Shown here: in pieces, positions 14,114-26,328 of the stretch
Numbering within the stretch: position 1 is the stretch's first letter
How the letters are laid out: the number at the start of each line of letters is the position of its first letter
Origin: Octopus vulgaris
Lineage: Eukaryota
Direction of reading: 5' to 3'
DNA: 64,000 nucleotides
NCBI GenBank assembly: GCA_951406725.2
Contig: OX597815.1
Span: forward strand, 41,044,001 to 41,108,000
Notes under the pieces: model-generated
The model's input: only the letters and a program-made list of their open reading frames with translations
The model's database searches: none
What the model was told of the DNA's origin: nothing
Made by a program: the position numbers and the translations under genes

Positions 14114-14974
14114 CGCAAGTTTCTTTGGGTAAATATTTGCATATATGGAAAATAAAATCAGCTTTGAAAATATAAATATTAAAAAAAAATGGAATATAAA
14201 TTCTGAAGGGTATAAGCCACTCCCAGAAATATGTAGATTCAGATAATTTTGTGTACATATTTATATACAAAGGTGTATAAGGAACTCCTAGACAAATATA
14301 TTCAATAATAGGAAGATTCACAATTCATGCATATAGATATAAAATACATGGAATATGTATGTTAATACACACTTAAACATTGTACATATGATCGACTCAA
14401 AGAACCTGGATACAGCCGTAACCTAATGAAGTTGAGCATGCAATTTCCGTTCCCCCTGAAATTTATTCAATTTCATATGTGCGTGTGTGTATTTGTGTGT
14501 GTATGTGTGTGTGTGTGTGTGTGTGTGCATACATGTTTGTTTCTCTTCTGTTTTTAATCATTTGAATTCTCTCTCTGAAGAAGGAGCTGGTCCCTAATAA
14601 AGATACAAGGCTCCATCATTGGAATATCAATAACAAAAACAATGTCACATTTTAAACCTGAGAAAAGTCTTGCATTGTTTTACTGTCCTGCTTACAGATT
14701 GTATTTGCAATGTGCAAGTCAGTCGGTTGATTTCTTTTTCTGAGAATCCAAGCTTATCCAGATTGACAGTTGGGCATTTACTTACAAAATCAAGTGCTCC
14801 AATTATTATTGGTACAAATGTAAATTTGTAATCCAGACGTGCTGAAAGACCACTGGGAGTGAGGCGCCCCTCAGCTTTTGTTAAAGCATGTCTCTAGGAG
14901 AAAGTCACTCTGATATAAAACCAGATATGCAGGGAATGGCATTGGACATTTTGGACATTTTGTTTACTAAATCA

Positions 14975-16862
14975 ACAGAAATCACAGGTCGCTAGATCGA
15001 ACACTTCTCTGAACTCCTAAACCATGAGTCAGTTGTGGATGTAACAGTGATTGATACTATGCAACAAAGACCTCTCATTGGCTCCTTAGACTCCCTGCCC
15101 TCAATAGATTAAGTAATGACATCAATAAGTAATTTGAATCTTGGAAAGGATGGAATTTGTGCTGAGGTCAAGCGATTTGGTGGTAATTACATCACACAGT
15201 CCCTTCATGAACTTATTAGTGCAGTCTGGAGGGATGGTGCAATCCCTAAGGACTGGAAAGATGCAATTATTCTTCCTCTATATAAAGGAAAAGGAGCCAG
15301 AACAATGTGTGGTAACTACAGAGGTATTGCTCTTCTATCAGCTGCTGGTAAGGTTCTGGCAAATATTCTTCTTACCTGTCTGAATGGGTGTCTCGTAAAT
15401 GATGTCCTATCTGAATCTCAATGTGGCTTCCCATCTGGTAGAGGGACAATGGATATGATTTTCACAGCAAGACAGATGCAGGAGAAGTGCTATGAACAGA
15501 ATATGGATCTTGTCCAGGTATTCATTGATTTAACAAAGGCCTTTGATACTGTCAATAGGGCCTTTCTATGGAAAATACTTGGGAAACTTGGATGTCCGGA
15601 TCACTTTGTATCTATAATTAAATCATTTCATGATGGGATGAAGGCTTGGGTCAATGTTGGTGGTGCCATGGTGGGACCCATTCCTGTAGAGAATGATGTC
15701 AAGCAGGGTGACATCCTTGCCCCAACTCTCTTTTCTTTGTACTTTGCTGCTGCTTTTACTCATGCTTTTGCTAAGGTTAGCTCTCTGGGAATATATGTCA
15801 GATATCGATTTTCTGGTCGCCTCTTTAATCTTCACCAATTTGCTGCCAATTCAAAGGTTTCCCGGCCTATTATTCGTGACTTCCTTTATGCAGATGACTG
15901 TGACTTAGTCACTCATACGGTGGATGACATGCAAATACTCATGAATTGCATTTCTGCTTCTTGCAGGGCATTTAGACTCAGCATTAGCCTGGACAAGACT
16001 GTTGTGATGTTCCAGCCTGCACCAGGAAATCCATATATGGAACCAGCTATCTTGGTTGAAGGAACAATTCTGAAGGTAGTAGACAAGTTTGTCTACCTGG
16101 GCAGCACACTCAGCCGTTCTTGCTCCCTGGATGAGGAAATATCTTTCAGGTTGCAGAGAGCAACTAATTCCTTCTGGTCTTTTCAGTCTCGTGTCTGGTC
16201 CCACATTGGCATCGCAAGACGAACAAAAGTTGCTGTGTACCGTGCATGTCTACTGACATCGCTCCTCTACTCATGTGAGACATGGACTCTGTACAAACGT
16301 CAGGTAAGGGTCCTTGAACGCTTTCATCAGAGATGTCTCAGACACATTATCAATGTTGGAGGACAGCTGATATCTTGAGTATTGGGGTGATGGTGCACAA
16401 GCACCAGTTACATCGGACTGGACACCTTATTAGAATGAAGGATAGCAGGATTCCTAAGCAGATGCTCTATGGAGAACTTGTGAATGGAAAGAGACTCCGG
16501 CAGAAACCAAGGCTGTGATTTAAGGACTGTGTCAAATCCTCATTAAAGGCCTGTGATATGCAGGACACTGACTGGGAGAACAATGCCTGTCATTGCCACA
16601 GATGGAGGAAGCAGGTTAAGGAGGGGGTCGACACTTTTGAGAGAGCACCTATCCAGCATGAAGAACTTAAGCGATGCGCACGACTCGTATAGTGAATGGG
16701 GAAAGCTTGGTCTGCAATGTTTGCAGTTGTGTATGCTTGTCAAGAGCAGGGCTCATTAGCCACCAACGGAGCTGCAAATGCAAAATATAAGTTAGTCCTA
16801 GAGCGCACAATGTTCCTGAAGGTCGGCAATGGTCTTCCTCGGTCACGAGTGGACGGTCATCA
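14975..16862 (+). mobile_element. 5'-truncated RTE (BovB-like) LINE: RT domain and C-terminal zinc finger, disrupted
   Basis: ORF 15116-16378 has NYRGIALLS, FIDLTKAFDTV, KQGDILAPTLF, LYADD, FVYLGS, LLYSCETW. Downstream frames give HLIRMKDSRIPKQMLYGEL and VCNVCSCVCLSRAGLISHQRSC. Ends in (TATG)n; stops and frameshifts present. Confidence 0.92.
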
Positions 16863-16944
16863 TGTATGTATGTATGTGTGCATGTTTGTATGTATGTATG
16901 TATGTATGTATGTATGTATGTATGTATGTATGTATGCATGCATA

Positions 16945-17780
16945 TCGTGGTTCACTTATCGTACCCTCAATACACTGCGATTTTTCTGGCTAATATATGT
17001 AAAATTTATATCATGGACACCTCAGTATATCACAGGTTTCTGCAGCTGATAAGTATTTATATGTTTTTAAGCTTTAATTATTTCTGTGGTAAAATAAGCA
17101 TTTTCACCCCCAAAAATTAATAAATTAATAAATACAAAAACAGTACAATACTGCACTGTATAACATATCAATTAAGATATATCAAAAGAAAATACATAAT
17201 GTACCGTAGATGAGTAAACAAAGAAACGTACATACTGTATGGAAAATGAAACTTGAGAAGCAAGTGAGTGTTGTTGTTTTGCATTTGTGTGTAAAATTGT
17301 GAATTTATTTCAGTCCCTATGATATTACCCATATGTTCTGCACCTTCTAAGGCTTCTGGCAGTGAACAGAAGTGCCAGAGGAAGATGCCAGAGGAAGATG
17401 CAAAGACGGTGAGACTCCTTGACATGCTTAAGTAAGGGAGAAGGTGTGCAGATGTAGGCTGCCAAAAGAACTTCAGAGAATGGCAGAAGATTGGGACCCC
17501 CAGATGATTCGCACGTTGCAGTTCAGGAATACAATTGATGGAGCCATGGAAGTTTATAAAAACTTCCTTACACAGATGAAAAGACAGCACCAGCAACTGC
17601 CCATCACTATGTTCCTCACCCACAAAAAAACAGAAGAAACCGGTACTCCTAAGAGTTTGAGGAGTGTTTATAAAAGCTTAAATATATAAATATAATAAAA
17701 AGAATATACAGTACAGTACTGTTTCTACTTTGCAGATTTTCACCTATTGTGGTGGGGTTTGGAAGGTAACACCACTCCCC
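16945..17780 (+). mobile_element. Internally deleted Tigger/pogo-like DNA transposon
   Basis: Right end ...agtcgagggattactg|ta (Tigger-type CAGTAATCCCTCG TIR + TA); remnants of the N-terminal HTH and of the C-terminus (QLPITMFLT). Confidence 0.75.
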
Positions 17781-18397
17781 CATAGTCGAGGGATTACTGT
17801 ATAATAAATCTTTTCAACTTACATTCTAACTGGTTAACACCCTAAGAGCGGTTAGTTGAAATATGTATACACACACACACCCACTGTGTAATAACCAGTT
17901 TTGGCAATGTAACTTAATGGATTGGCAAAGAGTCTAATAGAATAAGTACCATGCTTATAAAATAGGTACTGGAGTCACTTCATTCAACTTAAACCCTTCA
18001 AGATGATACCCCAGCATGGCTGCAGACTAATAATTGCAACAAGTAAAAGATATTTATATGTGGTTAAAAGTTTCCATACAGATTGTATTATATAAACAAA
18101 AAATTGCTGAAAATGTGAAAGAATGTTAAAACAATAGCAATCTTTTTAGAAAAACCAAAGACTAAAAAAACAGAACTAATATTTCATTTATATATATATT
18201 AAATTTTTTCAACTTACATTCTAACTGGTTTACACCCTGAGAGTATGTGAAATGAAATGAGAAAGTTAGGAATGTAATGAGAATATTTAGAGAGCTGAAA
18301 TTGTTACAGCTAAAGAAAAAGTGAAAGCAGAGAAGGCAAGGAGTGGTTGTTTGAAATTTAACCTTTTTGCTATCTCACCATAAATGATATGCACTAA

Positions 18398-19230
18398 TCA
18401 TCATCATCATCATCATTTAGCATCCGCTTTCCATGCTAGCATGGGTTGGACGGTTCAACTGGGGTCTGTGAAGCTGGAAGGCTTCGTCAGGCCCAGTCAG
18501 ATCTGGCAGTGTTTCTACGGCTGGATGCCCTTCCTAACGCCAACCACTCCGTGAGTGTAGTGGGTGCTTTTTACGTGCCACCTGCACAGGTGCCAGACAG
18601 AGCTGGCAAACGGCCACGAACAGATGGTGCTTTTACGTGTCACTGGCACGGGGGCCAGGCGAGGCTGTCAACGGACACGAACGGATGGTGCTTTTACGTA
18701 CCACCGACATGGGGCCAGACAGCTGGCAAACGGCCATGAACGGATGGTGCTTTTATGTGTCACCGGCACGGGGGCTAGGCGAGGCTGGCAACGGACATGA
18801 ACGGATGGTGCTTTTACGTGCCACCGACACGGGGGCCAGACAGAGCTGGCAAACGGCCACGAACGGAAGGTGCTTTTACGTGTCACCGGCACGGGGCCAG
18901 GCGAGGCTAGCAATGGACACGAACGGATGGTGCTTTTACGTGCCACCGACACGGGGGCCAGACAGAGCTGGCAAACGGCCACGAACGAATGGTGCTTTTA
19001 CGTGTCACTGACACGGGGGCCAGGCGAGGCTGGCAGCGGACACGAATGGATGGTTCACTTAACCACAGCTGCAATTCCCACTGATGTTGATCGACCTCAA
19101 TTTTGGTTCTGCTTTCTGATATATGATTTGATTTGGCTTCATTTTGATTGTTCTCACTGGTCTTGCCGGGTCTTCTCACGCACAGCATACTTCCATAGGT
19201 CTCGGTCTCTGGTCAATGTTGCAATTTAAT
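18398..19230 (-). mobile_element. RTE LINE 3' UTR copy with expanded tandem array
   Basis: (ATC)n tail at ~18398-18416, terminal module homologous to 38170-38350, eight ~60-bp units at ~18575-19055. Confidence 0.88.
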
Positions 19231-19516
19231 ACAGGAAAGTTAAATAAATGACCAGTTAGTTGGTTGGATAGGGTTTTGAATCAGTGTACTTGTTATTGAT
19301 ATTGGCATAATGACTCTTCCTAGACACAACAAAATTTTTTCCAACACACAAATTCACTTAAAGAATCTTGCAAGCCCTATACAAAAATGTAAAAGATAGA
19401 AAGGTATGTAAATAAATAGTAGGGCATGTAAATAAATAGCAAAATTGAAGAATCTGCATAAGAGATACAAAGACACACACATGCATACACACATACACAC
19501 ACATACATGCATACAG

Positions 19517-19656
19517 GTGGTAAGAAGCTTGCTTCCCAGTCATATAGTTCTGTGTTCAGTCCCACTGCATGGCACCTTGGAAAAGTGTTTTCTACTATAG
19601 CCTCGGGCTGACCAAAGTCTTCTAAGTGCATTTGGTAGATGGAAACTGAAAGAAAT

Positions 19657-19717
<61 letters not shown>

Positions 19718-19950
19718 CTATGTGGTGTATCTTTGTATCTGTGTTTGTCCTTCCCCACACATTTGACAACCAGTGTTGGTGTGTTTGCATCCCTGTAGCT
19801 TACTGGTTCAGCAAAAGAGACTGATCAGGATAAGTACCAGGCTTAAAAAAGAAGTACTGGGGTTGGTTCATTCACTTGACTAAAAATTCAAGTGCCTCAG
19901 CATGGCCACAGCCTAATGGTTGAAATGAGTAAAAAATAAAAGATAAAAGA
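19517..19950 (+). mobile_element. tRNA-derived SINE, family A
   Basis: Homologous to 46301-46722. Confidence 0.8.
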
Positions 19951-20199
19951 TATCCAATCAGTATATCAACATGTGCTCATCTGTACATGTATGTGTATCC
20001 CAAACGTCCATTATTGTTTGTTAGTAATCTCTATCTTATAATTTATAGAAATTATTTGCCAAATGTTCAAATGGGGTTAATATTTCATCATAAATTGTCT
20101 TTATCTATCCATTGCTGTTCCATGGTGGAGTCTTAGCATTTGTAAAATAGAAATATTTTATATTTGATAGTTCCATTCCAGCATGTGCTACTACCTCTA

Positions 20200-21498
20200 C
20201 GAGGGAGAGTCAAAAATTATACACTCTCTTGTTTTTTCAATGTATTTACACAAAAGCAGAGGATAAATAAGTATGTCATTTTTCTATATAGTCTCCTTCC
20301 TTTTCAATGCACATGTTCCAGCTGTCCACAAGCTTGCATATTCCCTCCAAGAAGAAGGTTTTCGGTTGGTCCTGCAAGCGTTTATGCACTGCTTCCTTCA
20401 CATCTTCATCTGTAGGAAATCAATGTCCTCGTAAACCATTTCTGAGTGGTCCAAAGAAATGATAGTCGGAAGGGGTGACATCTGGCTGTAGGCAGGGTGT
20501 TCCAGCACCTCGAAACCCAATTGGTTAATGGTTTCAACAGTCTTAGCAACTGTGTGTGGGCATTTTGTTGTCCTGCAACAACAAAACTTTCTTTGACAAT
20601 ATGCTTCACATTTGGTGTGAATTGCTGGCTTCAGTTTGTTGACCAGCAAAGCATTGTATCTTGCACTATTGATCATACACCCCTTTTCCAGGTAGTCTTC
20701 AAGTATAGGTCCTTTTGAGTCCCAAAAAAGGGTTAGCATCAGCTTTCCTGTGGAAAACTGAGTCATGAATTTTTTCGTCGCTGGCAAGCCAGGATGTTAC
20801 CATTCCATAGTCTGTTTTGGATTCTGCCTCATAATGATGGACCCATGTTTCGTTTCTTGTGGCTATTCTGCACAAAATTCCCTTGCCTTCATTGTTGTAG
20901 TGACTGAGTAAACATTGGCAGACCTCAAGAGGTTTGTACTTGTGCGCTGCAGTAAGCTCTCTTGGCACCCATTTTGCACAGATTTTATGAAAGTTGAACA
21001 CATTGTGGATGATTTGATAAGCAGAACCATGACTAATCTGCAGAGAATGAGCTACCTCATCGATAACTCACTGGTTCACCATTACCATCTCTTGAGCTAG
21101 CTGAATCTTCCAGTGGTGGAGGTTTATGGGCAACTTGCTCCCTATTCATGTGTCACGTTTGTCCAGCTCCTTTTAAGTTTCTTGATCCACTCATACACAC
21201 TTCTACATTGGAGTGCACTGTCCCCATATTGTGCTAAAAGCCTCTGATGAATTTCAGCACCTGACACACCTTCCGACCAAAGAAATTGGATCACTGCTCT
21301 TTGTTCGTCTTTGGTGCACATTGCTAGTGGAGCAGCCATGCTTACACTGTAAAGCCAGAAAGAAAAATGGCAAGATCAGACTCAAACTTCGATCACACGA
21401 TCACAATAGTACCAACTAAAAGCATGCATGCACAGAAGGCAGTGTGACAATAATAAAAATATGTTATTGTGAAAGGGCGGATAATTTTTGACTTCTTG
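20200..21498 (-). mobile_element. Near full-length, decayed mariner transposon (~1.3 kb)
   Basis: TA|cgagggagagtcaaaaattat ... ataatttttgacttcttg|TA TIRs with TA TSD. Frameshifted transposase pieces: HTH (QRAVIQFLWSEGVSGAEIHQRL), KWVPRELT (WVPHEL motif), NETWVHHY, LFWDSKG, HPAYS (YSPDL motif). Confidence 0.93.
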
Positions 21499-21509
21499 TA
21501 TATGTCTTC

Positions 21510-22880
21510 TTAAGGGATTTTTCTTGATTCTTACCCACCATATATCTGTTGTTTATGTACCATGATTCTCAAGTCTGACCAATATAGTTTTCCAAACATG
21601 CACAACACTTTATGACATAAATCAAATTTTAGGAGTTGCAAATGAATTTCCTTTCATTTTAAAGACTTGTTCATCCTTAAATTTTAACTCCAAGCTTTTA
21701 GTTAAATGTAGACATGAGCAACAGTTTGGTCTACTACATTTAGTACCCATGGGGTTGGGAACTTGTTAGAGAACCTTTGCCCAAGTTAGTATTTTTTCAA
21801 TGTCTTAGTTGTCTTTTGCTTTCAATAACCTGTTGATTTCCCAGAATTTTTTTGCATTTATTTTGGCCTTCAAGTAGAATAAGTAAATTGTTTTGAATGT
21901 AGTGAAATATTTCATTATTTCTTGGGTTAAATATAGATACATATGGCAAAACATTTATCTGGGTTTTGCCTTTTGCTTTTCTCATATAATGAGATCTAAA
22001 TATTTTGTTCTTTCTATTCCATTTATAATAAGGTTAAGTGGAAATGCTCTTTGAATCAATAACTTTTTCAATTCTTTGTCTTCCAATTGGTCAGGTTTTT
22101 TGTTTGATACAATTTTGAATAGCTCTTTTGCTAAGTTAAACAGAATGTTTGCTTCCATATGTTTAGGATGGTAGGATGTGAAAAGAAAGTACTATTTTGG
22201 ATCTATAAATTTGTAATAGGTATCTGTTTCTATTCTTCCTCATTAACTCATGATTAAAATGTCTACAAAAGGAGGACATTCTACATTCAATCATTATTTA
22301 TAAGATTCTTAACTTTCATAAGTTTATTTAGATCATTGTGCTACAGAGTTAAACAGTCATAAGGTGTTTAGGTATTTTTCAATTTTTGCTTTAAATAGGT
22401 TTAGAATGTGTCTCCAAATATTTGAGTAGATTCTCTGTAAATTCTCTTCTCTTATTAACAAAATGGCATATGTGGAAGCAACTTTGGTTCCTATCACAGT
22501 CTCTGATATTTGATAGTATACTAAGTCATCAAATATGAAGTAATTATTTTGCAATATGAATCTCAGATCATCAATGATAGTTTTCTAAATGCAGTCTGAT
22601 ACTTCAACTTGGTATGTATCCAGCCAATATTTTATTGCATTGATTATGTAATCATGGGGAATATTAGTGTGTCAATTAATGACAAAGGAAACAGCAATTG
22701 TATTATGACTCTTTTATTTGGTAAGTAATTAAATAAATTTAGATAATCTCAAATAAAACTCTGTATGTGCTTTACGAAAGGCTTTAGTAAGATGTCCCCA
22801 AAATTGTTTAACCTGTGTGTTTTACATGCAGAACCTATAGAAATTTTCGGCTTTATATCTGAAGTTGCTTATATAGTGAA
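21510..22880 (-). mobile_element. Decayed Penelope-like element (RT, linker, start of GIY-YIG region)
   Basis: QNNYFIFDDLVYYQISETVIGTKVASTYA resembles the PLE RT motif NxFxF....YxQxxGxxMG; PYVSIFNP linker and a Cys-rich segment follow; many stops. Confidence 0.75.
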
Positions 22881-24165
22881 ATTCATTTCTTGTTAAACAT
22901 TTGCTGTATTTATTCAATGATGTCAGAAGATTTCCCATTACTTATATGATATATCAATAACATTAAATTGTGAATCAAGAAGCTGCTCTAATAATATAAA
23001 CATTACCAATGTCACAGACTTAATGCATGTGTTTCGTTTATGCTTTAAAGTAAATGTCAGGTGTTACAAAACACTGAGCCCATCAAACCAGATGAAACAA
23101 ATCTCTCCATAGGTGAACAAGACTGGTGGATATTGATATTTTATGGTTATTTCAGCACATCACCATTGCATTCCTGAGTCACCTTGAAATGAATTTGAAT
23201 TGCTGGTCTGAGGTATATATGCAAATGATGTAAAATCTATCTGCTGATGTGTAACAGTGCTGCACAAGTGAAACAAAACTCAGTTTTGAATTAGAAGCAG
23301 CTCTAATGATGTAACGTCCACTAAGTAAACCTGAAGGAAAAGATACATAAAACACAAGCTAAGGAACTTAGGTACAAATGTGATTGACTGAGAAGAGCTG
23401 GCAGAAAATTGGAATGATTGGAGGCATTTTGTCATTAAGAGATATGTTTTGGATCATTTGAAACATTGAGAAAAATATAAATAAAGCTATAAATAATAGC
23501 AAATAATATCAAGTAAAATTCCTTTCTTCCACTCAAAGAGTAGTTTATTCATTATATTCAAAATATTATAGACTATTATTTATAACTTCATTTGCATTGG
23601 AGCTGCTTCTTAAAAAGACGTTTATTGTTTTTAACACAACATATTTGTGAGAGGTGTCATAGGACAAATACTACAGTAACTGGCCAACAACTGTATATTA
23701 AGTATGACACATAGATGGCTATTCAAGTTTCAGACTGCCTTAATTGCATATAGTGATTTTTATTTAGCTAGATAGCTATTCACAACTCCAATGAATGTTT
23801 TCTTCACTGTTTCCTATATCAGAGATGATGAATTCTTGTATGAACATGTGGTTCTCTGTGAATAAATATCCTTGAAAAGGTCCAAAAGGGCCAAAAGGGC
23901 CAAAATGCATTTGGTGTTCCAGCTGGCTACTGGTGGGCTAAATTTTCATCTCCCTCCAATATTTATTATGTTTTTAACACAACACATCCATAAGAAATAT
24001 TATCCCAGGACAAATATTTCATTAATTAACCAACAAATAGTGTATATACATTAAGTATGTGGCACAGGAGGCTATTTTAATTTAATGCTGCCTCAGTTAG
24101 ATATACTGGATATATATATATGTATCTGTGTGTGTGTGTGTGTGTGTGTGTATACATATATATAT

Positions 24166-24200
<35 letters not shown>

Positions 24201-24214
24201 TACATATATATATA

Positions 24215-24529
24215 AATTAGAAAAAACCCTCCTTTTATCAATTCAACAATGAAAAAATTTAATTATACCATACAGGAAAAAATTACATCCTATAGAAAAT
24301 TTTTTATATAAGATAAAAACATATACCAATGATTAAGTAATGTACAAAATAATAAATAAAACATATAACCAAATATATACGTTTTATTTATTATTTTGGA
24401 CATTACTTAATCATTGGTATATGTTTTTATCTTAAACTTAATTTTTTCTATAGGATGTAATTTTTTTCTATATGGTATAATTAAATTTTTTCATTGTTGA
24501 ATTGATAAAAGGTGTTTTTTTTCCTAATT
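24215..24529. repeat. ~315-bp near-perfect AT-rich palindrome (fold-back/MITE-like) between (TA)n tracts
   Basis: Arms are reverse complements around a centre at ~24370 (e.g. ccttttatcaattcaacaatgaaaaaatttaattataccata / tatggtataattaaattttttcattgttgaattgataaaagg). Confidence 0.9.
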
Positions 24530-24637
24530 ATATATATATATATATTATATTTTGTGAAATTTGATTTAGTATTTCTAAATTGAATTTTCCCCTGTAAGTT
24601 TGGAATTATATTCCCTAATATCATTATATATATATCA

Positions 24638-25440
24638 GTTGAGGACATGCATAGGCTTGAAAGAAATGAAGCTAGTATGCTTTGCTGGATGTGCAATGTC
24701 CAGATGCATGTTCGACAGAGTATAATCATCTTGAGAGAAAAGTTGGGCATAAGAGGCATCAGATGTGGTGTGCAAGAGAGACGACTGTACTGGTATGGTC
24801 ATGTGACGCATATGAATGAGGACAGCTGTGTAAAGAAGTGTCAATCTCTAATTGTGGAGGGAACCTGTGTTAGAGGTAGACCCAGAAAGACGTGGGATGA
24901 GGTGGTGAAGCATGACCTTCAAACTTTGGGCTTCACAGAGGCAATGACGAATGACTGAGACCTTTCGCTATATTCTGTGCTCGAGAAGACCCATCAAGCC
25001 TAGTGAAATTGTAGTCGTGGCTGATGCTAGTGTCACGTAATTGGCACCCATGCCAGTGGCACAGAGGCAAAATAGCTGATGCTGGTGGCATGTGAAATGC
25101 TCCTTTCAAATGTTGGGTCACATGGAGGCAATGATCGAGACCTTCGACATTATATTGTGCTTGAGATGAAGACCCATCAAGCTAAGTAAAATCACAGTAA
25201 TGGCAGATACTGGTGTCACACAAATGGCACCAGTGCCGGTGGTACGTAAAAGCACCCATTACACTCTTGGAGTGGTTGGCATTAGGAAAGGCATCCAGTC
25301 ATAGAAAACCATGCCAAATCAGACTGGGAACTGGTGCAGCCTTCCAGCTTGCCAGCCTTGATCAGACCATCCAACTTATGGCAGTATGAACAATGGACGC
25401 TAAATGATGAGGATGATGATGGTGACGACGATGGTGATGA
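24638..25440 (+). mobile_element. 5'-truncated RTE LINE (ORF C-terminus + 3' UTR)
   Basis: ORF 24647-24958 (RNEASMLCWMCNV...GRPRKTWDEVVKHDL) closely matches the C-terminus of 36356-37723; (GAT)n tail. Confidence 0.9.
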
Positions 25441-25838
25441 AGATGGCTCCAGCAGTATTTATGCCCAGCACAAAATCAAACTGCATCTCAACTAGTCTAT
25501 TTCTGTAACTTTCATGTCCTGGTCCAACAATTTGATACCCCTAGTTTGATACCTCTGTAATTACTTCTGTCTAATGTATGCACATGTACATGTGTATGTG
25601 TGTGTGTGTGTTTGTGTGTGTGCATGTGTGCATTAAGATGTGAGCTATGGGAAATATTACTTTGCTTGGAAAAAAGAGGTAAGGGGTGATGGCAGGAAAA
25701 GCATCCAGCAAAGAAAAATTAGTCTCAACCAGTTTCAATGGACATGTGCATGCATGGTGATGTGGATGTTGAAACAATGATGAGGATGAAGATGATATAT
25801 ATCTATATATATGTATGTATATATGTATGTGTACATAT

Positions 25839-25901
<63 letters not shown>

Positions 25902-25902
25902 T

Positions 25903-26112
25903 ATGTGACCGCATGTGTATCGTTGGCGATTTTCTTTCTCTGTCTTCCCTTCTTTGGACCTTTCCTTTTTCTATGTTTCTGATGAAGAGCTCTGCTCGAA
26001 ATGTTAAATCCTCTTTCTTTCTTTCCTTTCCTGAGCGTCCAATAACACTATACTTGTTCCACGACCTTGCGTTGTGTTTTCTCTTTGTGTTTTCATGTTT
26101 GGATTAACTATA
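25903..26112 (+). mobile_element. ~210-bp non-coding repeat carrying a minimal hammerhead motif, copy 1
   Basis: Aligns end to end with 61768-61980; flanked by (TA)n. Confidence 0.8.
25975..26009 (+). ncRNA. Minimal type-I hammerhead ribozyme motif
   Basis: GUUU-CUGAUGA-A-GAGC(UCU)GCUC-GAAA-UG-UU^-AAAU: canonical core boxes, 4-bp stem II, stem I GUUU/AAAU. Confidence 0.65.
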
Positions 26113-26116
26113 TCTG

Positions 26117-26142
<26 letters not shown>

Positions 26143-26147
<5 letters not shown>

Positions 26148-26328
26148 CGGTGGCACATAAAATCACCCACTACACTCTCGGAGTGGTTGGCGTTAGGAAG
26201 GGCATCCAGCTGTAGAAACACTGCCATATCTGACTGGCCTGGTGTAGCCTTCGGGCTTGCCAGACCCCAGTTGAACCGTCCAACCCATGCTAGCATGGAA
26301 AGCGGACGTTAAACGATGATGATGATGA
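26143..26328 (+). mobile_element. Very short 5'-truncated RTE 3' end
   Basis: About 4 differences by eye from 38165-38350; (GAT)n tail. Confidence 0.9.

Noticed and set aside
15116-16378. 420-aa RT ORF as a domesticated host gene
   Set aside because: It is 5'-truncated, has an upstream in-frame stop and downstream frameshifts, and ends in a simple-repeat tail, as expected for a dead LINE copy.
18575-19055. CRISPR-like look: constant ~26-nt core with ~35-nt intervening segments
   Set aside because: The 'spacers' are two alternating sequences rather than unique ones, the array lies within a LINE 3' UTR in eukaryotic DNA, and no cas genes are present.
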